Shown here: positions 1-12,520 of the stretch, piece by piece
How the letters are laid out: each line of letters begins with the position of its first letter
How positions within the stretch are numbered: position 1 is the stretch's first letter
Source of the DNA: Leptogorgia sarmentosa
Taxonomy: Eukaryota
Assembly: GCA_964658305.1 (NCBI GenBank)
Contig: OZ210884.1
Location: 310,001-374,000 of the forward strand
Length of the DNA: 64,000 bases
Reading direction: 5' to 3'
Translations under genes and position numbers: made by a program
Notes under the pieces: generated by a model
Databases searched by the model: none
The model's input: only the letters and a program-made list of their open reading frames with translations
Told to the model about the DNA's origin: nothing

Positions 1-59
1 CTTTATAAAGATGTTGCCCCCCCTGCCCTGGATTGCTTCCGGCGCCGCTAATTTTTTTT

Positions 60-468
60 CCGTAGACAGTCGGTAGCATCCTTGATGGTCGGTAGCATCA
101 TTTACATGTGACCGGCAGTCACAATGTCGCAGCCTAATATAAAGTTGTTTGCTTACGGTACGCTTTCGGCAAGCTGGCTGCTAGCGCTTTCGGTAAGGAG
201 CGCAGCAAATAACAAACCGAAGCGCGGTGGGGCTGGAATCTCTTTTCGCCGGAAGACTTGTTTATTTTTTTCAAAAATTTCTAATTGAAGAGATTTTTTC
301 TCGCTTCATAGTGTTTAGGGTTAGACTGTTATAAGGTTAGGGTCAGGTTTACCGTTTGGGTTTGGCTTATTTCGTAAAAATAAATGGAGTTTAACTACAG
401 TCGAAAATTTCCCGAATAAAAAGTCGATGATGCTACCGACCATCAAGGATGCTACCGACTGTCTACGG
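60..468. mobile_element. MITE with ~41-bp terminal inverted repeats (CCGTAGACAGTCGGTAGCATCC...)
   Basis: 60-100 is the reverse complement of 428-468; T/A tracts and GGCGCC extend the symmetry outward; a related end occurs at ~18102-18137. Confidence 0.8.
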
Positions 469-697
469 AAAAAAAATTTGCTCCGGCGCCTCTGGTTCCG
501 CCCCTGCGACGTATGCGACCAGAGAGTTAAGATGCATACAATAATATTACGATTCGTGTGAAATATATTCACTAATAGCTACTTGAAATTATAACGATTA
601 TTCCTGCTGTTAATTACTGAAATATTTTGTTCGATTTTACTGGAAGATCGAAGATATATTCATTTCGAAGTGCAAGCCATGCAAGATTAATGCCAAG

Positions 698-778
698 GTA
701 GTCGTGGCCGACGGTTGAGATCAGGGACTTCAAATCTGTTGGGAAATTCCAGCGCAGTTTAAGATCCTGCCGACTACG
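698..778 (+). pseudogene. Degenerate tRNA-Ser-like gene with TCA at the anticodon position
   Basis: GTAGTCGTGGCCGA...ATCCTGCCGACTACG ends match tRNA-Ser at 45520; loop reads GACT-TCA-AATC; D arm, anticodon stem and T loop are damaged. Confidence 0.65.
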
Positions 779-1323
779 CAACAGCAATGGTTCAAAATTT
801 TTTGTCCAGAATGAATTTGGCAAAGTTTTGTTGCTATAGCATGCAATTAAGGAAAAAAAAAGAGAAAGTCACCAAAGAATTTCACTAAGAGACTTTTTTT
901 TATTAAAGCAAAGTTTGCAACTTCTAACTCCAGTCCGAAAGACGAGTGCTATTCGAAGTCTTTGGAAAACTCAGGAGTGTACTATGTTATTCAAATTGCA
1001 CGAGAAACCATACTGTTACTTGTCAATAGTTTGCAAAAAAGTATTCGAGACAATTGTAGTGTTAGCTTACGTCTCAAAGATAAATTTCACTGGCAGAGTT
1101 TTCTTCCTCCGTTTATTTCGAATTTTAGAGAACGGTTTCAAAACGGTTTCAAAAATTCACCGAAGCACGTAACTTTTGTCAGCCTCGCTTGAGATAAAGT
1201 TTTTCCCTCATAAGAAAAAGATAAAAGCTATATTTTCGACCCGAAGATAATTTTTGCTTTGTTTAGCGTGGCCGCGATATTTGTTTTGTTCTGTAGCTTG
1301 AGCTGTAATTTAATTGGTTCAAA

Positions 1324-1420
1324 GTGATTACAGAAAATTGCACTGTGATTACAGAAAATTGGACTTGATTACACAAAACTGCACTGTGATTACACAAAAT
1401 TGCACTATTATTACAAATTA
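1324..1420 (+). repeat. 21-bp minisatellite (GTGATTACACAAAATTGCACT), ~4.5 copies
   Basis: Tandem copies seen directly. Confidence 0.85.
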
Positions 1421-2994
1421 TACAGCAGACAGACGAGTTTCATATCAGGGCTATTTGCATAAAATACAGGCTTATAATTTAAGTTGGTGTACTTAAGTCA
1501 AGCACTTAAGAGGCGACGTATTGTATAATGAATACTAATCATTTTCAAGTGTGCGGGTTAAAGGAAAACTTGTGTTCATGCAGATAGTCACGTTTTATAG
1601 TGATTACTAACTTTGCTTGTGTAGCCGATGAATAAACAGGTAAAAGAAAGTATATATAGATAAGTTTATAGTCTCTCAAAACAAATATTGAGTTTTATAA
1701 TTATTTTCTGACAATAACAAAATAATATTTTAGAGATGGATATAACGTTTAATAAAGTGATGCATTTTGAAGTGGGATAGACTGAGCAGCACTGATGTGG
1801 GTTTTCCCTGAACAAATTGCGCGTAAATGTGAAGTTTGGTCAGCATCAGTGAAACCTGTATGTATGCTATTACATGAGTATGTGCAATATTCACAATGAA
1901 ACAAAATAAAATATTATTCCAAACTATAGATGTGACATATATCGGGTTTTCCTCTCAATAACTACAGAGTCGATGAATAGACAAGTTCCTTGCTTCGCTA
2001 TTTCCCAGATTAGACGTTTCAAATGTCTTGATGTGCCTGCTTAAATAGGCTCATGCTTCAAACAATCTCTTTTTTAGTTATTGTTCATAGATGAGGTTGA
2101 AGCAACAACTCTGTCCTGGTCGAAATTGAAAGGCAGTAGTTTTAGGTGACCATTAAGATGCGACACTTTATACTAAACAGCCGCGTGTCAAAGTCCCAAA
2201 ATGTTTGTTATATATTATTAGAGATTGAAGAATTTTACCATTCAGGCTAGAACCGCGCTGCTTTTCGCTGTTTCAAAGTGCTGTCGCTTCGTCTTTTCTT
2301 TCGCTGATATTTCCTGAGTCCTTACGATCCAACGAATTTAAAAGATCGGTGAAATCTTTCACTTCTTCGCCAAAGTTTCTACATTACAAGAAAAAATGTT
2401 GTTCACTCTATCTGATCATTTACTCGCTGCATTACAGTTCATATAAGATTGGCGGACATGCACCCGGGTTTGAAAATCGCCCGTGACGGCTCCTCAAGCG
2501 CCACTCACCATTTTTAATTCATCAAATTACTCTATACTTGTGTACACGCACATATGGAAAACACTCCGAGAATTGTCTAAAGTCCATAATTGAATGCATC
2601 CTTACTTCAACCACACGTATTCGATGTCTTTCCTTCTGCAGCACCTTTGGCCTTTGCCCTGGATTAACTTATTGCTTTTTTCCTCGCAAAATCAAGAGAT
2701 GTGCCCACATTGCACCTAGAAGAGAAGAGAAAAAAACTTATCATGTGGTTGCGGGTTCCATTCAGGGAAAAATGCTGAACATAAGGGGGCATAACACTTC
2801 TTTCCAAGGAGTGGTACGCGAGGACAGATTTCACATTTGTTAATAAAGCACACTAATGATCATTTCGGTTTCTCAGTATGTTACATTTTCTCCAGACATT
2901 GTGGTCGATATTTATTAGTAATTAGTATTGGTAATCAATGGAGCCAAGTAAAAAATGTTTGATGTCACGTGCATTTGTTTTCAACATTTCAACA

Positions 2995-3236
2995 GGAGTC
3001 TTGAAACGTTCGGTCGTGAATGCAATTCAACTGGGCTTTGTATAGATCACTCCTGGTGAAGACACAAGACTGGAGTGTTGAAACGTTGGGTTGTGAATGC
3101 AATGCACCTGGGCTTTATATAGATCACTCCTGATGAAGACACTAGACTGGAGTGTTGAAACGTTGGGTCGTGAATGCAATTTAACTGGGCTTTGTATAGA
3201 TGACTCCTGATGAAGACACTAGACTGGTGTGTTGAA
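2995..3236 (+). repeat. 77-bp tandem repeat, ~3 copies
   Basis: GGAGT(C/G)TTGAAACG recurs at 2995, 3072 and 3149. Confidence 0.85.
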
Positions 3237-3679
3237 ATAAAAAAAACACACACAGCTAGAATAGCCAATGTAGAACAGGAAAACATAATACATGATTTTT
3301 TAGTACCTTTCAATAGCGTTTTCCCACTGGATGGTATAGCCAGACAGTTGAAAGACTCGAGATTTACAATTCATGAATTTTGCAAGCTTTCGTTCCAAAG
3401 ACACAGATCCATTGACTTTGAAATGAGACACTCACACTGGATATACTAAACGAAATGAAACTGGAAGTCAGTTAAATCCGACAAAATTTTCGTACTTATA
3501 GCAATATCTAATAGCACTGACTGCTACGTAGGTAGGAAAAATTTCCAGTATCGCTATACACAGGGAAAACTTTAATGATTTTTTCCCCGCGCATAAACAA
3601 GTTATAAGGCCCGGACTATCGGGGATCAGAGTTGACAAGAGATGAGGTACTTTCGCCTGTGTTTCACTCCCGACTATCA

Positions 3680-4101
3680 TATCAACTCTCATGCGCTGGC
3701 CAAACGAGGATGAGAGTTGAGAAGTGAGAGTTTGTACGAGAGTTCTGTCAACTCCCATGCGCTGGTCAAACGAGGATGAGAGTTGATGAGAGTTGAGAAG
3801 CGAAAGTTTAGTGAGAGTTTGTACGAGAGTTCTGTCAACTCCCATGCGCTGGTCAAACGAGGATGAGAGTTGATGAGAGTTGAGAAGCGAAAGTTTGTAC
3901 GAGAATTCTGTCAACTCTCATGCGCTGGTCAAACGAGGATGAGAGTTGATGAGAGTTGAGAAGCGAGAGTTTGTACGAGAGTTCTGTCAACTCTCATGCG
4001 CTGGTCAAACGAGGATGAGAGTTGTTGAGAGTTGAGAAGCGAAAGTTTGTACGAGAGTTCTGTCAACTCTCATGCGCTGGTCAAACGAGGATGAGAGTTG
4101 A
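3680..4101 (+). repeat. ~76-bp tandem repeat, ~5.5 copies
   Basis: Unit ...GTTTGTACGAGAGTTCTGTCAACTCTCATGCGCTGGTCAAACGAGGATGAGAGTTG... with period 76 (3885, 3961, 4037). Confidence 0.9.
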
Positions 4102-5610
4102 CCAGGAAATGATGTTCATGGCTGATCAAACGCGTACAAACTCTCATTAACATTCGCCAAAGTTTCAACCAGTTCAAAGTCGATGAGAGTAGATAAGAGT
4201 TGTTTAACTGAGCCTTATAGAGAAGCTCTTTTGCACATCAGTTGTCTAATCACAAAGCCTGAAATAAGGGCCGGCAGTCAGCGGTTTTCCGACCAAATCC
4301 CTGTTTTTCCGAGCAAATGCACTGAAATGATCGGAACTTTCGTCCGGACAAATTTCAAGAAAAAGTTTCAAGTTTTGACTGTATCTGAGGACCAAACTCA
4401 CAAATGAGGTGATAAAGATATTCAAAATCGGAGAACAACATCAAAACACCGCAAAAGTTCGACTGACTACCTAAACGATGCAAACAGATTTGACATTTCA
4501 AGCTGCAGAGGCCCACATAACGAAGGGCCTTTGCTCGAAACGTCAAACCTGTTTGTAGAGAGGTCAACATATCTCGATTTCCGCGAACGGGTACGGGTAG
4601 CGCTATTTTTTTTATGACATTTGCATCAACATCTTTGTATTTAAATTTAATCAATGTATGTGTTCTGTCATAAAAGACCATAGGCTGATGCAACAAGCAG
4701 AAAAGATTGAATGAAACATTTAAATACCGCAATATTGGATTTCGATATTGTTAATTCGAGTACACACTGGCCTCACATGAGCCATTTCTGAATCAAGCAG
4801 AGGACTGGGACATATGACTTGTTTTTGGAGTGACAACATGCATCAAACAGTATGCCAAATACGACATCTAGGAAGGTAGGATGTGGGGCCGTTCTGCCTT
4901 GGGCCGTTTTGACTGGTCACCGGAAGGTTTGTGCAGCCGATACTGTATATTGTAATTGAGGAATATTTGAATTACATTTCCTCTCTAATTCAGGCCATGT
5001 ACATGTACAGTATATTGTTAATAGTCACATCCCTTACCTGTCTCTCCTGTAGTTGAAATGCAGCCAATGGACTATGGCAAGTTTTCTGTGTCGCAAATTC
5101 CACAATCCAGAGAATCGTCAGAACACACACTGATCAAAGCTCCTCTAAAGGAATAAAAACCATCATGAATGAAAAGGATGGTAAAGAAGGCAATGAACTG
5201 ATACATTTCATTTCAACTGGTATAATAGAGCCCCCAGCTCACAGCCTAGCTCAGCTCGCTCAAAACTCCAAATCTTTTTCTTTCATTCAGATAATGAGGA
5301 AATTACCCTTGTTTGTGTTGGTCACTAGGGTTAGAATAGCGTTTGGGTTAAGGTTATTTATTATATTTATATTTTGGTTGCTGATAATTTGAGAAAGCAC
5401 CAACAAGATGGCAAATATTTTGAAGAAATGATTTATTATACTGTACAGGGTGTTCCATAGAAAAGTACACTCTATAGAAACCTGCCCTTTTTTTTGTTAA
5501 ACATTTGTTGTTATACCTTTGAGAATTGAATTGACTGCTACATGAACTACAGAAGTGTTTCTAACGACATGTGTTTGTGTCGCTGTTTGTTTAAGAGGCT
5601 CAATAAACAC

Positions 5611-6117
5611 CCGTTGAACAAAGACCTCAACGGGTAGTACCCGATATTTCTCAATTGAGAACATGGGTAGTGCCCACGCTGGACTATCGTCTAAGTAGCC
5701 TGGCCTGGTAAATTATGAACAGTGATTGCCCTGGTCTATAATCATATGCATTTAGCCAGGCCAGAGTGGTGAACAGCGAGCTCGATTTAGCTCAAGCGGT
5801 AAGGCGCGGGGCGTGCGTTGCAGTTCTATAGTTCAAGCCCCGGTTCGACACATTTTTTCAGCGTTAGTGATGAAAACTTTTTTTTCCTCAATATTATTCT
5901 GACCACAATGGTCAGGGTTAGGATTCTAGGGTTTGGGTTGGGATTAAGGAAATTCTTAGTATATAGAAAAATGGTTTATATCTAACACTATATAACTATA
6001 TCAAGAGTAATACTGAAACGCCGATCAGCAAGCTTAGGCGATAGTCCAGCGTGGGCATTACCCGTGTTCTCAATTGAGAAATATTGGGTACTACCCGTTG
6101 AGGTCTTTGTTCAACGG
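5611..6117. mobile_element. MITE with ~85-bp TIRs (CCGTTGAACAAAGACCTCAACGGG...)
   Basis: 5611-5695 is the near-perfect reverse complement of ~6033-6117. Confidence 0.85.
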
Positions 6118-6354
6118 CTGCAATAAAATATCCAAATGTGCAATACCCCGAGATTAACAACAAAGGAATCACCCTGTATGTATCCTTGGGGAAGTACAGT
6201 ATAACTGTATTCTACCATACAGCTTGATCAACATTATCAATACAATGACTGTTGTGTGTATTTTGGGAGAAATAAAATCAAATTTTTATTGCGTAGGGGA
6301 ATGAGCCCAAGAGGGGACGATTGCTGGTAAGGGTGCAGAATGTTATTGTGATGT

Positions 6355-6471
6355 TACTCTGAGTAAATATCCACACCGGGCAGGCTGAAAAATTAGCCTG
6401 GCCTCAGTGGGAATTGAACCTGTGACCTTTGGTCTACTAGTCCAATGCTCTACCAACTGAGCTACAAGGTC
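6355..6471 (-). mobile_element. tRNA-derived SINE fragment (tRNA-Thr-AGT-like head)
   Basis: Minus strand has A box TAGCTCAGTTGGTAGAGC and B box GGTTCAATTCC, followed by a non-tRNA body with a small hairpin (CAGGCT...AGCCTG). Confidence 0.65.
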
Positions 6472-7448
6472 AAGTCAGTTCAAATTTATTATATTTCAGA
6501 ACTCACTAGTTCATTTGATATGTAAGTTTCTGATATACAGTACAATATGAATGTCATATCAGAATAATGAGAATATTATACCAGAAACTTACAGATATCA
6601 AAGGTTGAGGGTTCGATTAACAGTGTCGATTAGCGGTGTCGAGAAACATCACAATAACATCTTTTACCAGGTTCTGCAATGCTTTTTGTACATTTTCATA
6701 GTAGAATCATTCAGAAACAAAGCAACATACTGACGTAAAGATCAGAAGTAAATCACAATTAAAAACTGTACCTCATTAACACTTTACTTTCACATCGTGA
6801 GACCATACACTCAACACTGGCTGTCCATAGCTTTCATTCTGGTTAAGGCAAATATTTAATACACAATATGAGATGTCCCATATAGTTCAATACATGAACA
6901 GTGTACCTAGATAGTGTATAACAACATCATGAGCAGAAAAAGTTTGAAAAATAACATTTGATGAAATAAACCTCCAAATTACTGTACCCATTATTATACA
7001 ATGCACATGAAATCAAATGCTATAATTGTTTTCTTTCCAAACCAAAACCAGATTTCCAAACTTTCGAAACCAGAAACCAGAAGTTCCAAACGTTTCCAAA
7101 CCAGAAACCAGAAGATCCTAACAAAGAATTTATGATCTCACAATGCAGAGCAAATCAAATGCTTTTAAAATGTTATAATCGAATTCAAGATCGCAACTTT
7201 TAATACCCCAAACATTTATGATTTGCAGGTAAGAAACAAAATATCTCAGATAATTCAATATAAACCCCTCGAAAATGTCCAATATGTTGTTGTACAAACG
7301 AAAACAAAGCGTGGACGATGCCGGATTACTTCGATTTTCAAAACGGTTGCAATATAGCGAGAAAGATACCGAGAACACTCGAGCTACAAGTCAAGCAAGA
7401 CGAAGGCAAAAGGATCGATTACAGGATTATCACGTTACGAAAAGGATA

Positions 7449-9564
7449 CCCTTACGAAAATGTTCTATAGAATCCTATAGAATATGTTATTGAATATTTA
7501 TCTCTTATAGAATATTCTAAAGAATTCATATCCTATAGAATATTCTTTTGCTATATTCTATAGGATTTGAGATCGTATAGAATATGTCATTGCACATTCA
7601 TATGAAATATCCTATTACATGTTCTATACAATATGTTTTATAACATGGTATGGGATATTCTATCGAATATCTCGCTGAATGTGAACTTTTTCATGAAATT
7701 TATTCAATATTATTTATTTTTACTGTTTATCCGCATCATTTTAATTAATACATAAGCCGATTGGTACCATAGATATCCACGTACTTCACGAATTAGTGAC
7801 TAGTCTTATTAATTGGCAGAATTGGCACTTTATAGATCATGGTAGAAATAACAGACTGGCTCTGTATGCCCTGTTTTATACGTGGAATAAGTACATGGTA
7901 TATGAATTAATAGCTTGAAAAATACATTGGCGTAGCGAGTTACAATGCCATGTGAATTATACTCAATGCTGTCAGAAATCAATCCTTTATTAATTGAGAT
8001 CAGTTGCCATGTTTTACCATATTTGGAGAGACCATGATCCTTTGCGCGTTCAGCGTGAGCGCGTCATTTTTAAATTTTGAAAATTAACGCTATTTTGGTT
8101 GAGATTATTGATGAAATTTCGACGAAAAACAGGAGGAATTGTGCCAATTGTGTCATATTTACACGATCTTTCGTTAGGTAAGTGTTATCTATTCTCAATG
8201 CTCAAATTTTCTACAAATTTATGTTGTAGCGTTTATCTACACGCACAATTTATATGCCATATACTATAGCTGTATGTGAACACTCAACGATAAATATCGG
8301 TGGGAAATTTGCCACGCTATCATATAGCTTATGTTGTCATTTTGTTGAAACACACTTCTATTCTTTGTAACAATGTTATAAACATGTTTGTGCTGACAAG
8401 CATTAACATAGATACCAACTAATATATACTTATAATAGGACCCCAAATATGTGCCCATGTCATGTGGACATTGTGGGTCGACTCCAGCTGGACCATACAC
8501 CTATTTTTAACATCTTGTAATTTCTTTTCATGTTAGATTGTTGCTTATCTTGATGAACACTGAAGACATAAAGAAACAAATCTGGCACTGCCTTATAGTT
8601 ATGGATGACAGGATACTGGTAACACTGCTTTCCCTTCCCATGAATGGATTACATTTTAATGACAGTTATATTTGGACATTCTAACTAGTAAACAATGTGC
8701 AATCTGAGTTCGTCACCACTTGCAGTAACAGATATGTGCTTATCATATAGGTGCAGGGATCCTAAAAATCTTCAAAAGCATTTCTTTAGCTAACCGCTAG
8801 GAAATTCAGATTTGAACAACATACTATTTCAATGCTTTTGGTGTCTTAATGTTTAGGCACCCTGCATTTACTTTTGTTGCATGTATATATTTGTATGTAA
8901 TGTTTACCTTAAACATACTTTTATATAATTTAATATATGTATAAGTTTTTATGTAAATTCTAAACCTTCAGAAATTTCTTTACAATTAAATATCTTACTA
9001 TTGTAACTATTTTACAATTGTGTAGAATATTATATAGAATATTCTACAATTTCATTGAATGTGCAATTGAATATTACAAAGAATACCTTTCAACATCCTC
9101 TCGAATATACTACAGAATGTTCTATAGAATATACGGAATATTCTATGTGCTCTAGAACGTCTATAGTATGTGCTATAGTATGTGCTATAGAACTTCTATA
9201 GAATCTATAGTATGTGCTATAGAACTTCTATAGAATCTATAGTATGTGCTATAGAACTTCTATAGAATGTGCTGTAGAACGTCAGTATGTGCTATAGAAC
9301 TTCCATAGAATGTGCTGTAGAACGTCTATAGTATGTGCTATAGAACTTCTATATAGAATCTATAGTATGTGCTATAGAACTTCTATAGAATGTGCTGTAG
9401 AACGTCAGTATGTGCTATAGAACTTCCATAGAATGTGCTATAGAACTTCTATTGATTGTCTTATAGAATAGGTTCCAAAATCGTTTAGAATATCCTATAG
9501 AACACTTATAGAATATTCTATAAAATATTTTAATGTAATATTCTATAGAATATTTTTGTAAGGG
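7449..9564. mobile_element. Non-autonomous CACTA/EnSpm-like DNA transposon
   Basis: Termini CCCTTACGAAAATGTTCTATAGAAT / ATTCTATAGAATATTTTTGTAAGGG, TA on both flanks, many subterminal TTCTATAGAA palindromes (7460-7680 and 9020-9560). Confidence 0.75.
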
Positions 9565-10336
9565 TACAAATTTATCCAGACTTTTGCCGTAACGATCGCG
9601 AGTAATTTCGGCAAGGGATGGTACGCAAGACACGTTGGTTTATAAGGAAAGCCATGCCGAGCAGTCTGCAAAATATAAACATGCATTACAAACGCTACAA
9701 CAATTAATGTTTAGTTGTTTACATTTTAAATCGACATTATATTAATGCGACCTAAATGGACGGTCTATTTTTACCTTCAACAGCGAAAACTGCTCGGGTT
9801 TCTTCCTTTCCTCTATCCATTCTTCATCCTTGTTGCTGTTTCCAGTTTTAAATAAGGTCAAAGAAGGTACACGCCAGGTATTTCTAGCTCTGCTCAATGC
9901 TCATAAATACATCGGCTTTCCACAAACCACATTTTCAACGAACTCAGAACTTGCATGTTGATGAGCTCCCCGATTCATATAAAAATTTTTGTGGCGACAT
10001 TTTCTGCGACGACTTTGATTTGCTGCGATATTTTTTTCTGGTCTTCGATTTATATGAATCGGGGAGATCATCAACATGCAAGTTCTGAGTTCCTTGAAGT
10101 TGTGGTTTGTGGAAAGCTCAAGGGGACGGTTGTTCGTAACCCGTTTAGCTTATTTTGATTGTTCAATGAACACATAGACGTGTTTGATATTCTGGACTTA
10201 TCCACCGTTTAAGCTAAACGGGCTACGAACAACCGACCACAGAAGTCTAGTCACAAACTTTCCTGTACTTCGTCTTAAGTACTATATTTGTTCTCATCCA
10301 ACAACACCGCAGATTGAGAGAAAAGAGAGAAAACTG

Positions 10337-10409
10337 CGACCCCACCAGGATTCGAACCTGGAATCTTCTCATCCGAAGTGAGACGCCTTATCCGTTAGGC
10401 CATGAGGCC
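10337..10409 (-). tRNA. tRNA-Arg(TCG)
   Basis: 73-nt cloverleaf GGCCTCATGGCCTAACGGATAAGGCGTCTCACTTCGGATGAGAAGATTCCAGGTTCGAATCCTGGTGGGGTCG. Confidence 0.85.
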
Positions 10410-10500
10410 ACCTGATACGTACGCCCTCTGAAAATCAAGAAATTCTAATTCTTGTAACTATCCAATCACCTCCCGGTTGAAAACTATGACAGATAAAAAA

Positions 10501-10557
10501 CGACCCCGCCAGCATTCGAACCTGGAATCTTCTGATCCGTAGTCAGACACCTTATCC
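10501..10557 (-). pseudogene. 5'-truncated tRNA-Arg(ACG)
   Basis: Matches the 3' part of the copy at 24681-24753; 5' end replaced by unrelated sequence. Confidence 0.75.
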
Positions 10558-11030
10558 GAAGTTAAGATCACCTTTTAGACATCGTATTTTGACCTTTTTC
10601 AGTAATGCAGGTCAAAATGAGATCTATGAATATTAATGATATGAAGATTTGCACTCTACGCTACAATCTAAAATTGCTTTTAAATTTCCAACAAATTGAA
10701 ACATCATAAATCTAACTTCGTCAGTCGATGGAGAATATCCCTGATAATCATTGTGCAAAACATTGTCGCGATCTGATACGAACTGACGAAGCCTTAGCGG
10801 TTTTAACCTGCTTTAGTTATGCAACTAATTTTGAATATTGTGAATTGCGATTAGTACGGGCGGTACGGTACAGTTTAAAATCGCTTGTAAATTTCTTCAA
10901 AATCAAAAAATCAAAAATCTAACTCCGTCAGTCGATGGAGAATATCCTTTAGAATCACTGTGTGAAGTTTCACGCCGGCCTCTTGCGAATTGACGGAGCC
11001 TTAGGGTTTTTTAAAGAAGCATCAGCCCCT

Positions 11031-12286
<1,256 letters not shown>

Positions 12287-12405
12287 GATTAGCAGCGTTT
12301 GGGGACCAGTTCCTGTTTCTGGTCCAAAATGTGTCGACCGTTGATCGTTACAGCTTAGAGGGCAACTTCAGTAAAGTTACATGAAGTAGGGGCGAGATAA
12401 TTATT

Positions 12406-12418
12406 CGAAACGGAAACC
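12406..12418 (+). promoter_or_regulatory. Possible IRF-binding (GAAANNGAAA) element upstream of the NLR
   Basis: CGAAACGGAAACC ~110 bp upstream of ATG 12521; TATAAAA at 12475-12481. Confidence 0.3.
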
Positions 12419-12520
12419 ACAATGGAATAAATTAACAGAAGAGCAATCTAATCAAGTCTCAACAAGATTTCGTGTATAAAACGCAGTAAAAATTGTGAAT
12501 ATTTCCCTGATTTTACAAAG

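Noticed and set aside
3468..3914. Repetitive 148-aa ORF
   Set aside because: Translation of the 76-bp tandem repeat
2995..4101. Regularly spaced repeats resembling a CRISPR array
   Set aside because: Units are fully repeated with no unique spacers; no cas genes; eukaryotic context
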